The notes below the pieces were generated by a model that was given only the letters and a program-made list of their open reading frames with translations, was not told where the DNA came from and did no database searches. DNA of 64,000 bases from Camelus dromedarius (Eukaryota), in NCBI RefSeq assembly GCF_036321535.1, contig NC_087436.1, positions 120,902,001-120,966,000 on the forward strand, in the 5' to 3' direction. Shown one piece after another: positions 1 through 11,333 of the stretch. Each line of letters opens with the position of its first letter. Within the stretch, counting starts at the first letter, position 1. Both the position numbers and the translations under genes were made by a program.

Positions 1-319
1 CGGCCCATCGCCCACGTCCCGGTTCCCTGTTGCTGTCTGGTCGTGCGAAACAAGCCATCTAATTCTAGCTCATGTCTCTGCAGGTCAGGATTGCAGACAG
101 GGCTCTGCCAGTGGCTTTACTGATGTCCCTGGTGGCACTCAGCTGGTGGGTGGTCTGAGTGGAGGGCCCAAGATGGTAGCACTCATGCCTGGCCCCTTGG
201 CCGGGATGACTGGCAGGATGGGCTCCGCTGGGGCTTGTCAGCCGGACCACCAGTGCGTGGCCGGGCCAGCATGAGACTCGGGTGGTCAGACTTCTGCTGG
301 GAGGGTTAGGACACATCTG

Positions 320-900
320 TTAATTCACTCACTCACTCATTCACAGTAGACATTCATCTTGCACTCACCTTGTGCCAGGCCCCAGACAAGGGGCTGGGAT
401 GCATCAGGAGCCAACAAAAATTTCTGTCTGCACGGTGCTTTGATTCTGTGAGTGAAACAGATAAAAACAAGATTGATGAAATAGGTGATGGATTACATGG
501 TGATAAAAGAAAGAGACAAAGCAAGAAAGAAAAAGTGACACACTGCGGGGGACTGGCTGTCAAAATTCTAGATTCCACATCTTAAAGGTGGTATTTGGGT
601 AAAACCTGGGGTGAATAAGGGAGCCAGGCACGACCTCTAGGGGAGAGGGGAGCATTGCAGGCAGAAGGCACAGCAGGTGCAAAGGCCCTGGGGCAGAGGT
701 GGCCCTGGTAAAAGGACAGAGTGCCAAGAGCTGATGTAGCAGAAGCAGCATGAGATGGAAGGGGTACAGGGAGCTGATGAGCTCGAGGCCGTGGGGTCAG
801 ACCTCATCCAGCCCTGGGGGCCAGGGGCCACAGGAAGGGGTTACTGAGGGTCTGGGACTGTTGGAGGGCCTGGGCTGGCACGTGACATGGCCAGTTTAGA
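320..900 (-). mobile_element. L2 3' fragment
   Basis: (TCAC/TCAT)n head followed by TGTGCCAGGC and decayed L2 body. Confidence 0.6.
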
Positions 901-1900
901 ATTCGCCAGGATCCCTCCAGAGGCTCTGTTGGAACAGACTTCAGGACCGAGGTGGCAGCAGAGACCACTCCAGCCATCCAGATGGGATCACTGTGAGGGG
1001 AGGGGCAGCCAGCGCAGGGAGAAGACAGAGCCAACACCACCCAAGGCGGGGCCTGGGGGGAATGGAGTCCCCACTCATGAAGGAAAGCTGGAGCAGCAGG
1101 TGGGGAGGGGAGGTGGGGACCCAGGGGCCATGTTGTGGTCAGAATCCTGTGTGTCAGACACTGGTGATGCTGCTGAGGCATCAGGCTTCAGGGGTCTGGG
1201 TCAGGGAGCCAGGCTGGAGATGGGCACGAGAGCCGGCTCAAGATGGACTGCACAGCCCTGGTCCTGAGGGAGGCCACCGTGGGAGGGAGGGCACCCAGGC
1301 GAGAGCCCTGGGCGCCCCGGGAAGAGGGGGCGCAGCTGCAAGGCACCCAGAAACAGAGTCAGCAGGGGGCAGGCAGGCAGGACCTTCCCAGAAGCCAGAC
1401 AGGCAAGTACGTCAAGGAGTAGGGAAACCAGCCCTGCGAGGAGCTGGTGAGAAAGTGAGATAGAGCCAAATGGGCCCCCAGAAGGGACCAGACGGGTCCT
1501 CTCACAAGGGTCCCCTCCGAGGAAGTACCTGGGGGAGCAAGGCAGCACCGCTGAGGGGAGCGAGGGCCCCACGTGCACTGGCCAGGGGCCAGCTCTGGAT
1601 GTCCGGCCCCAGGACCTCAGCGCCCAGACCGCTCACCCACCGCGATCTGCCTGGAGCTCCCTGGGCAGGGGGCCTAAGGAGCCCTCTCAGACGCACACAG
1701 CGGAGCAAGGGAGAGAGCTGCGCCTTACCCTTCCTGGTGCGTCGGGGGCATTTCAAGCACACGCTGGGGAGAGGGAGATGCTTCAGATGGGGCCAAAGTC
1801 TGCAGTTTCTGTCTTAGAGCCTCCTGGACACCTTACCTGAGCTCCAGGGGAGGAGCAGACATCACCTGAGACGGGCCAGGGCGTTCAGCAGCAGGAGGTG

Positions 1901-2042
1901 GGTGTGTGCACGTGTGTGTGGTGCATGAGTGTGTGTGCACGTGTGTGCCTGCATGTGTGTGGTGCATGTGTGTGGTGCATGAGTGTGTGTGCACGTGTGC
2001 GCCTGCATGTGTGTGGTGCATGAGTGTGCATGTGTGTGCACA
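1901..2042. repeat. Complex (TG/CA)-type minisatellite built from GTGTGCAC and GGTGCAT modules
   Basis: Seen directly; produces the HTH-repeat pseudo-ORFs in the track. Confidence 0.9.
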
Positions 2043-3029
2043 CATCTGGAGGATGAGAAAGAATCAAGGCACTTTTCACCTGCCTCCAACTTGTCCAGCT
2101 CCTCCATAAGTGCTGACATTGTCAGAGGAGGCAAAGTTTGATGCTGACCATGGTGGGAAGGGATGGGGGATGGGGGCGGTAGGGAGGGAGCTCTTGGCAC
2201 ATGGGCATTGGAGGTGGGCCTTGGACAACGGTCGGGATCTGCAGAGGCTGAGACCGGGAGGGCGAGCAGGTGGGCTGCTGGACGCAGGGCTGGGTTCAGG
2301 GCGCAGCGCTCTTTCCTGCAGGGCCGTGAAGCTGAGAAGGGTTGGGAATCAGACCCTGGGTGCTGGTCAGGGAGACTCTTGGACTGTCTCCTGGCGGACT
2401 TGGGGAGCAGGGCCCGAGCTGCCTTCCTGGGTTCTCAGGCTCCCGGGGGTACTGCTGCACCCCAGGCGCAAGGTTTGCCGGCAGAGATGCGGGGGGCTCT
2501 CCGCCCGCGGGAACCCCGCAGGCCAGCTCGGCATCGGGGCCGGTAATTACCGCTGCTGTCAGGCGGCTTCCTCACCAGCCTTTGAGTCACTTAAAAACAA
2601 CTTCTCAAAGTGACTCCCCTGGTGTGCTAGCTGAGAAGCAGGCTGCTCTGACCGTGTCCCCGCTCCCCGAGGCGGGTGGGGTCCCTGTGAGCGAAGCTCG
2701 CCTCAGCCCGATGCACGCGCACCAGGGCCAGCGCCAGGACCCTGCTTCTGCCCCCACCCTGCCCTTCGCCAGCTCTGCAGCCACCATCGGCCGACTGGCA
2801 GCAGCCCCGGCGTCCTCCTGCAGCCGGGCGGGGGCCGCTGCCTCGGCCTGCGGACCAGGTGAGCATGAGGTTCAGAGCCAGGGCGGGGGTCCAAGTCTGA
2901 CTCCAGAGCAGGACACCTGGGGACGAGGGCAGCGGGGTCGGCTGGGCGGAGCAGTCCACAGGACGGGCACAAAGTACCCCCTTCCACCTACGTGACATCA
3001 AAGTGACGCAACCCCGCACTCCAGGCCAG

Positions 3030-3365
3030 GGTCTGTTGTGTCTCCCCAGGATCCATTTGTGGAAATGCTGCCCCCAGTGATGGTCTTAGTAGAGGGCTTT
3101 GGGGGGACTGGCCCACAAGGAGGGAGTCCCCGTGAATGGGATTAGCACCCTCATAGAAGAGGCCCTGGGAGCTCCCCCTCCCCTCTCCCTGTGAGGACTT
3201 GGAGCGCCGTCGGCACCGGCCACCGGAGGAGGCCCTCGGCAGACCTGGACCACGCTGGCACCCTCATCTGGGACATCCCGCCCCCGGAGCTGCGAGCAGG
3301 AGACGTCTGCTGTGGATAAGCCACCCCGTCGGCGGTGCTGGTACCGCAGCCTGGCTGGCCCGACA
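3030..3365 (+). mobile_element. MaLR solo LTR (MLT1A-like)
   Basis: GTGAATGGGATTAGCACCCTCATAGAAGAGGCCC...CTGGCACCCTCATCT...GATAAGCCACCC. Confidence 0.75.
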
Positions 3366-3599
3366 CTGGATGACCCTAGGACTGTGAGTGCAAAGGACGC
3401 GTCAGCCCCACGGCCTGCGAGGGGAGAAACTGGTAAAATGTATTTTATAACCTTGGAATTTCCTCTTCCTTTTCCCCCAAAAGTTCCACGTGTAGGGTTT
3501 CACCCAAGGAAGTGGATCCACCAGCTTCTTGGTGAGGCGATGGGTCAGAAACCAGCCCAGAGCCCAACCGAAACGGGCTTGGCTGAGCGGCTGACAGCG

Positions 3600-4080
3600 T
3601 CTGCGGGAGGGTGAACAATGGCGCCCACGGCCGCCCATGGCCCAGGCCTCGGATTCCGGGCATGTGTTACTTTACGTGGCTTAGAAGGACTTTGCAGACG
3701 TGACGGAGGGGAAGCCTTGGGATGGGGAGACCATTCCAGATGGAGCAGGTGGGCCTCGTGTGACTGTGGGGGCCCTTGTAAGAGGAGGGGAGGAGGGTCA
3801 GAGACAGAAGATGTGAGGACAGAAGAGAGAGATTCGAGGATGGGACTCTGAAGACAGAGGAAGGGGCCCTGAGCCATGGAACGTGGGCGGGTCTAGAAGC
3901 TGGAAGGGGCAGGAAGCGGATTCTCCCCTGGAGAAGAGAGAGACGGAAACTCCCGCGCTCACCGGCCCTGCCAACACCCTGATTTCAGGACCCTGGCTCC
4001 AGGCAGTGAGGGGTCACGCTTGTGTTGCTTTAAGCTTCTGAGCGTGGGGTGATTTGTCACAGCGACCACGGGAAGCTCAC
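3600..4080 (+). mobile_element. MaLR solo LTR (MLT1C/D-like)
   Basis: GGACTTTGCAGACGTGA...TCTAGAAGCTGGAAGGGGCAGGAAGCGGATTCTCCCCTGGAG...GTGATTTGTCACAGC. Confidence 0.8.
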
Positions 4081-5030
4081 AGGATGAGGACGGATGGGCT
4101 TGTGATGGATCAGGGCGTGGTTTACTGGAAGCGGAAAGGCAGGGCAGACCGTGCAACTTTGTTTCTGGTTTTTCTCAGTGTCATCAGAGCATCACCTGGA
4201 GAGGGAACTGAGGGGGATGGGAGGGGAGGCGGGGGGTGGATGCTAAGCAAGGCCTGGATGTCTGGTGGGTGCTGGCAGGGACGCCCCAGCCTGGAGGGCT
4301 GAGAGGACCCTATGGGGAAGGGGGAGCAGGCAGCAGGGGGGCAGCGAGGATGAGGCTGGAGAGGGTGCGGCAGCTTCCCAAGGGGCCTAAGGGAGGTGGC
4401 GGAGGGTGGGCTTCAGCCCAGGACCAGGTGCCCCTGGTGGCCATGCCCAGGCTGGGGGCCGCAGGCTTCGGGGCAATGGCCTATGTATTTTTACTCAATT
4501 GCTTCTCTCTCTTGGTCCCATAGCCCCTGAGATACGCAGGGCTCCCCACGGCGGCCAGGAGCCCGATGTGCTGTGTCCCCCTTGTCTGGCACAGAGCCAG
4601 GCTCACGGGAGCCCAGTGACAGACAAGTGGCCGTGCGGCATGCATCCGGGGCACAGCTGACTGAGAGGGGCAGAAGGCCCCTCCGTCTCCTGCACCCCAA
4701 AGCCCAGCCCACCTGCTGAGAGCAAGCCCCCCAACCTCGTCCTCCCCAGGGAGCCTGGGCCACCAAGCAGGTCTTCCCCGGGTCCCCAGCCCAACCTGCC
4801 CCCAGGATGGGATTGGAGCTCTTACAAGAAAAGACACCGGCGTTTTCTCTGTCCTTCACTCTCTCCCTCCCCGAGCGAGCACAAAGCAGGCTGGGGAGCC
4901 CACAGCCAGATGGCAGGTGCCCGTAAGCCAGGAAGAGGTCCTCAGCAGAATCCGGCTACACGGGCCACTGTGTTGGAAGTGCACATTGCCCTGTGACTTC
5001 CAGCCTCCAGAGCTGTGAAGAATAAACACA

Positions 5031-5135
5031 TGTTTTTGTATTTTAGTTTTGTTAGTGGAGGGACTAGGGATTGAACCCAGGACCTCGTGCAAGCTAAGCA
5101 CTCACTCTCCCCCTGAGCTGCACACCGGCCCCCAC
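5031..5135 (-). mobile_element. tRNA-Ala-derived SINE (vic-1-like) nested in an MLT1 LTR
   Basis: Reverse complement reads CAGCTCAGGGGGAGAGTGAGTGCTTAGCTTGCACGAGGTCCTGGGTTCAATCCC followed by an A-rich tail. Confidence 0.85.
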
Positions 5136-6724
5136 CATACGCATGCTTTATAAATGAGCCTCTTCTCCTTCTGAGCTGCACGTAGCAGGGTCCTGCCTTT
5201 CTTCTCTCAGCGGGTCAGGGTGTCCTGTCCCAGTAAAACTGATGTCATGTGCCTGGGCAGGTCCAAAGGCGACGACCAACTGGGCAGGACCACGGGGTCC
5301 TGCAGGCAGGGTCTGAGACGCCTCTGGGTGTCCAGTGGAGACAGCCCGGGGTGGGTGGGCAGGGCTGGAGGTGGGCAGTGGCCCACATGGGAGACGTGCA
5401 AAGGGGACGTGTCAGCAGGGGGCAGACGGCCCCAAGGAAGGGGTGTAATCAGAGGTGAGAAGACACAGTAGCAGGGAGGCACATGCAGGGGAGCTGGAGG
5501 GAGGGGAGAGCCCGGGAGTTGGGGGCAGGGCCCACAGCGGGGTCCTGGGAGCTGAAAGAAAAGTTTCTGGGGTGAAGAGCTGCATCCTCAGATGCTGAAA
5601 GGTCAGGTGCTTGGTGGACGGAGAGTGACCCTGGACTCAGCAGCCACCCAGCAGGGGCCCTGGCACCTGGTGCCCAGCGGTTTGGGAGGAGTAAGGAGAC
5701 AAGTCGGGGTGAGGACACTCGGGCGACACCGGCACCTGCATGGCTCATGTGTTTAGCTGTGTATTTTCCCAACAAGCGTGTGCTTTCAGCCTCGGCATCA
5801 TGTTACATTCTAACAATATTAATTATTATCAGAACATTAATGAGTACTGCACCCTCCGTGGGGACCGGACGTCCCCACAGGCTGAGGATCTTTTTGATGA
5901 GCATTGACGCTTCCCTAGCTGGGTGTGAGCGCGCAGCGATGGCCAGGAATCCAACGTGGGGCTTCGTGCTCCAGCCTGGCCATGTGTCATGTCGAGTGGC
6001 CAAGGGAGGCAGCAGAGCCTTGAAAATGGGGACTACAGGTCCCAGCCAAAGACGTCCACTGCTGAGGGCGATGACACCAGGCTGTCCCCCCAGAGATGGA
6101 GCTCAGGCCTGGGCAGATGGTGACTGCTGACCCCATGCCACTGTGACCCCCATCTTCCAGTGGAAGCAATGGGGCATGGGGTTTCTCCAGGTCCCACAGC
6201 TGGGAGGGTGGGGCCAAGATGTAGACAATGAAGAGATGGGCAAGGTGGGCAGGTCAGTGTGGGAGAACCCCACCCCAGTCCAGCTCTACCTGGGAGGTCG
6301 GCATTGCCTGCACCCCCCACCCTGTCCCCACCGCCCCCAGGGCAGGTGAGGAAGGCAGGCCGGCCCTGGACCACTGCACTGGCACGAGCTGTTGGCGCCC
6401 AGGCAGGTGGTGCTCACACCTGGGCCCATGCCGCCTCCCAGGGGGACGGGCCAGGGCAGCTTCCCAGATGCAGCCAGGGCGGGCTGCGCCCCGACGGGCC
6501 TGGAGGAACCACCCCCACACTCAGTTTCCTCACGTACGGTTGGGAGTTAGCGTGCCCACAGGCAGAATGATATGTGAAGGCACCTGTCTGTGACTCCCAC
6601 CAGGCCAGGCATATAGTAGGTGCCTAATGGTTGGGGGCTGCTTTCCTCTCCCAGGTGGGCTCCTGATGGGCCCGGGGCTCCATCCTGGGACATACTGACC
6701 TGTGTTCATACTCTGTTGCTATAT

Positions 6725-6880
6725 TTGTTCACTGTGTGACCTTGGGAGTCACTTAACCTTTCTGAGCCTCCCTTCCAAGATCTGTTCGGATCTGTTCGAT
6801 GTCCTGTCTCTGCCTCATGACCCTCAGCAGGAGGGCTACATGAGGTGATCGTGCCCCCAAACCCCTTGTGAATGGTCACA
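6725..6880 (+). mobile_element. MIR (further MIR cores near 6520, 13960, 18600, 32590, 33990, 37720, 45200, 48620, 49030)
   Basis: CTGTGTGACCTTGGGAGTCACTTAACCTTTCTGAGCCTC is the MIR core. Confidence 0.7.
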
Positions 6881-7699
6881 AGAGAACCACGGCAGAGATG
6901 ACGGCTGAGACTGGGATGGGGTGGGCAGGATTGAGGCCCAAGGACCATTAGAACAATGAACCCATTACCCGGACTCAGCTATCGAGGTGGCAGCAGGCCC
7001 TGGGCCCTTGGCACACGCCAGATTTGTAGCACAAGATCCAGCTAGCCTTGTCATTCCCACTCTGGACACCTAAGTCCCAGAGACATGGCCTGGCATCCAG
7101 CTCGGCCGCTGACCAGGCCAGCTGGTCCGCAGCACATCCCTGGCCTCTGCCCTCAGACCCTCTCTGTGGTCCCCTGGCCCCAGGCGCACCCTGATTCCAG
7201 GGGACCTCGTGCTGTCCCTCCCTTCCAGGCTGCTTGCGAGAAGCCTGCCCACTTCCACGCAGGTTCCCGCTCCTCCCAGCAGGGGTGACATCTTTCTTGC
7301 ATGCAGGGTACCACATGCCCCCACCTCAGTGTGCAGTAAGGAGGGTGCTACCCCACTGTACCCCACTTCAAGGTGGAGGAATGGAGGCAGAGAGAGGCTG
7401 AGTCACTTGATCTGTCCCCAGGTAGGACCTGGCAGAGCTGGTGCAAAGCCAGGATCGTTCCTGGCTCCAGCACCTGAGCGCCGCACGCCTGCACTCCAAG
7501 CTGGTCTGTCCACACGGGTCCCACGCCCGTCTCCCACGCAGCCAGCTGCCCCCGTCCAGGCTCATCAGTCTGTGTGCTCCTTCCAGCCTTGAGTTTGCCC
7601 CTCTAGCCTGGACATCACCCAGGAACGCCAGGCCTGTGCATCCGGCCAACTCTGCTTGGTGCTCTAAGAAGCACCACTAAACTAGTCAGCCCTGTGATT

Positions 7700-8430
7700 C
7701 CAATTCAAGTCCGACACTTTCAGCCTTCCTCTCTCCGCCTGCCGCCGCTGTACTCCTTGGGCCATCCTTGACTCTTCTCTCTCCCCTCCGACCTACGAGC
7801 TGTCGATAAATCCTCTTGACTCGGCCTTCAATATGCATCAAGGGCTGACCCCTCTGCTTCACCCACCCCATCGTACTCCCTGGTCTCCTGCCTCAGCAGA
7901 GGAGGGCTGAAGGCAGAAACGTGTCATTCCTCTGCTCAGAACCTCCCCTGGTGAGCTCCTACCTCACTCAGAGTAAATTCCAAAGTCCCTTTTGTGGCCT
8001 CGAGGTCCCACAGGGCCTGAGCCTGATCCTTCCTCTCCTCCCTTGCCCATGCCTGGCTATTCCTTTCCTGTACCGGCTTCTGCCCCAGGGCCTTTGCACA
8101 CGCTCTTCCCTCCATCTGGAACTCTCCTGCGATGTCACCATAGCTCACCATCGCTTCCTTTAATTTCCTGCATCAGTGACCCTCTGTGGGGAAGGTGGAC
8201 ATGGAGAATAGCCCCCCACCTGTGCCACAGACACACTTCCTCCATCACCCTTGACCAGAGCTCATTTTCCCCTTAGCACATGGCTCCTCCTGGCACTCAC
8301 ATTTGCCCATTTAGTGTCAGTCTCTCCTGCTTGGCTGCAAGCTCCAGGGTGCAGGAATTTGGCCCTTTGTTTCCTGCTGTACAGGACATACAGCACACAG
8401 TATATGCTCCAAAAACATCTGTGGAACAAA
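7700..8430 (+). mobile_element. L2a 3' fragment
   Basis: CACTCAGAGTAAATTCCAAAGTCC, CAGGGCCTTTGCACA and a terminal AGCACACAGTATATGCTCCAAAAACATCTGTGGAAC. Confidence 0.65.
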
Positions 8431-9689
8431 TCCTCCTGTCCATCCTTCCCTTGAATGCTTCTGGAAGTTCTCGCTAGAGACTCATGAACTCAGTGACATT
8501 TCATTACATGTTTGAAATTTGCGTCAAGGATAAATCTCCAGGCTTACAAAAAGATCAGTAAAATTCATTCTCAAGGACCCAGATTAAATTTAAATAGAAA
8601 AACGCTATTTATCCAACCCAGGAAAACATTTATATAAACGTGCTTATATAACGCATTAAACCGCCCAGAAAAGCCGCCTGTGTGGTCACGTTCGTATTCC
8701 TCACGTGGAGAGCAGCATATGCTAAAACCATTTAAATCTGCTGCGAACCTTCCTCTCTTAAAGCTCGGAGATTAAGCCGACATGCTTACCCCCTTAAAAA
8801 TCTGTCCTTTCTTTGTTTTACTAAGTGGCTGGAGGTTTGCAATTCCAAAACGAAATGAAGCCATCACAGGAGGTGGTGAGCCCAGATCTTTATGATCTTA
8901 TTACATTTTTTCCAAACTTGCCAAGACTTGTTGGTCTCTGCAGAAGGGACATGGGTCCCCCAGAGGTCAATCCGAGTAGCAGGTAATCTCTCTGCACCAA
9001 GAACCTTTGTGGTTGTGGGGGGCAGCCTGCGGCTGTCCTGCTACCAGCGGTGAGGTTCTGTCCCTGCCGACAGCGCTCAGAGCTTCCCCGGCGTCCCCCA
9101 CAGAAGCTTCTGTTCTCGAAATAGCGTGTGACTGACAATTTATTCCCCCAGGTTGCAAAATAGTTAAATGAATGAGACATTCTCGGAAAACCCACATGTG
9201 AGTTGGGGCGTGGTGATTCAAATCCTGGAAGAGAAAGTGTTTTGATTTTTAAATGATGGAATATGTATTTTCTTTCTTTTTCACTGGTATTTTTTGAGGT
9301 GGGTGACAGAAAATCAGTGAATTTTTTAAACTTGAAATTGTTTTAAAAATGTACATCATTCTGTGTGACAAACTGCTTTGTCTCTAGTTGCATCAGGTTT
9401 TGGGGGGGCGGGTTTCCGAAACATAAATTCCTTGTCTTCCTACTGCCTGCTGGCAGAGGGAACTGTTCTGGCCTGGATCACCCAAGGACCCACTTGCCTG
9501 GAATTCCTTGTAGGTGACCTCTATGCAAGGGATCAGCAGGTCTCCTTGTGCTCCCAGGAAAGACATGGAAAGTGCTTTGGAGCCTGCTTGGTTTAAAGGA
9601 TTCCGAGGTGCAAATAATCCAAGCTTCATTTAAGCAGAGGATGAGATGAGGTTAATTGGGAAGAATATTTAATCTTCGGTTATAATAAC

Positions 9690-9945
9690 AGGAGCAGAGT
9701 GTCTGGAATAAAGGAGGTGATGGTTCTGCTGCCCCCTGGGTTGATCATACACTCTCTGCAGGGTTGCAGTTGGTGGTAGGTCCCTTTTGGGGAAATCTGG
9801 CCCTTGGCAGATTAGGGTGAGTTCTTCAGCCGGTTGGAAAGGGGACCTGAAGGTGAGTCCTTGGAGGAAGGCATGCCAGAATCAGGGCTGTTTCACCAAG
9901 AGAAAGGACTCTGGGGATCTGACCGCTACCTGTAGACTTCTAAAG
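9690..9945 (+). mobile_element. CR1/L3 LINE fragment, followed by an MLT1-like LTR piece (~9950-10260)
   Basis: GGGCTGTTTCACCAAGAGAAAGGACTCTGGGGATCTGACCGCT...TTCTAAAGG resembles the L3 RT-region consensus. Confidence 0.45.
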
Positions 9946-10379
9946 GCGGATGCTGGCTGAGCTGCATCATCTGAAGGCTTGACTGGGCTGCACGTCCCAG
10001 CTGGTGAGGCAGGAGGCTGGCAGCTGACGCTGGCAGGGGTGAAGGGCTCAGCCGAGGCTGTTGACTACAGAGCCCCCACGTGGCCTCTCCACGTGGCTTG
10101 GGCTTCTCTCAGATGGGGCCTGAGTGCCCAGTGCTCGAAGATGCCAAGTGGGAGGCGCATGACTTCTTATGACCCAGCTTGGGAGCCTCAGAAAATCTGC
10201 CACCTCATTCCACTGGGCAAGTGGGTACCAGGGCAGCTGGGACTGAAGGGAGGAGGATGTCACGATGGGAGAATGGCCTGCATGTGCCGATGCCAGCTTT
10301 GCAATGACAGTCCCCAAGGGGGATCCCCGCGAGGAGTCTTCACCCAGGCCTGAAGCCCCCAGACTGAACCGCCAATGGC

Positions 10380-10750
10380 ACTAGCTGTCGGCTGCCACAG
10401 AGCGCCAGACCAGCAGCTCCAACAGCAGAAACGCATTTCCTCCCAGTCCTGGAGGCTGGAAGTCTGAGAGCAGGGTGAGGGCGGGGCTGCTACCCCCAAG
10501 GCCTCTCTCCTGGGCTGGAAGACGGCTGTCTTCTCCCTGTGGTGTTGCAGGGTCTTCCTCTGTGTGTGTCTGGGTCCGGATCTCCCATTGGAAGGACACT
10601 AGTCAGACCGGATTAGGGACACCTGAATTACCCCATTGTACCTTAATTCCCTCTTGAAAGGCCCTGCCTGCAAGGACAGTCTCATTCCCAGGAGCTGGGG
10701 GGTCAGGGCGCCAACAGACAGATTTTGGGAGACGCAGCTCAGCCGGTGCC
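10380..10750 (-). mobile_element. MaLR solo LTR (MLT1B-like)
   Basis: CAGTCCTGGAGGCTGGAAGTCTGAGA...GGACACTAGTCAGACCGGATTAGGG. Confidence 0.8.
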
Positions 10751-10959
10751 CCAGGGAGCGTGCCTCTCGGGGGAGAGGCACAGGAGGCCACGTCGCGGAG
10801 GCCAGGAGAACGTCAGCCAGAAGGGGCGAGGTGGAGGCCAGACCAGAAGAGGTTCTGGGAGGCTCCGGAGGAGGCAGAGTCTGAGTGGAGACCCAGAGAG
10901 CCAGCGGGCGAGGGGAAGGGCGCGGGAGGCGCGTAGGGAAGGGGTCTCGCGCTTCGCCG

Positions 10960-11333
10960 CCCAGCGTAAGTGAAGGTGCGCCCGACCAAAGGCAGGAAGA
11001 TGGGGGCCTCGAGGGACGCCTGCTAAGCGAAGCAAGGCAGGTGGAAAAAGGCAAACACCGTGTGATTTCACCCACAGGTGGGACGTAAAAAAGTGAATGA
11101 ACCATCAGACCAAACCAAACAAAAACAGGCAGATACAGAGAACAGAGTAGTGGCTACCAGACGAGAGGGGTGGGAGGGGCGAAACGGGTTAGGGGGCCAA
11201 CTGCCTGGTGACGTATGGAAACTGGATGCTTGGTGGCGAGCCCGCTGTTGTGTACGTGGAAGTAGAAATATACTGTTGTACACGTGAAACTTACAGAGCA
11301 CTGTAAATCAGTGTTACCTCAATTTTTTAAAAA
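10960..11333 (+). mobile_element. L1 3' end (L1MA/L1MB-like)
   Basis: Resembles the L1 ORF2 end/3' UTR (TGCTAAGCGAAG...GATACAGAGAACAGAGTAGTGGCTACCAGA...TTACCTCAATTTTTTAAAAA). Confidence 0.75.
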
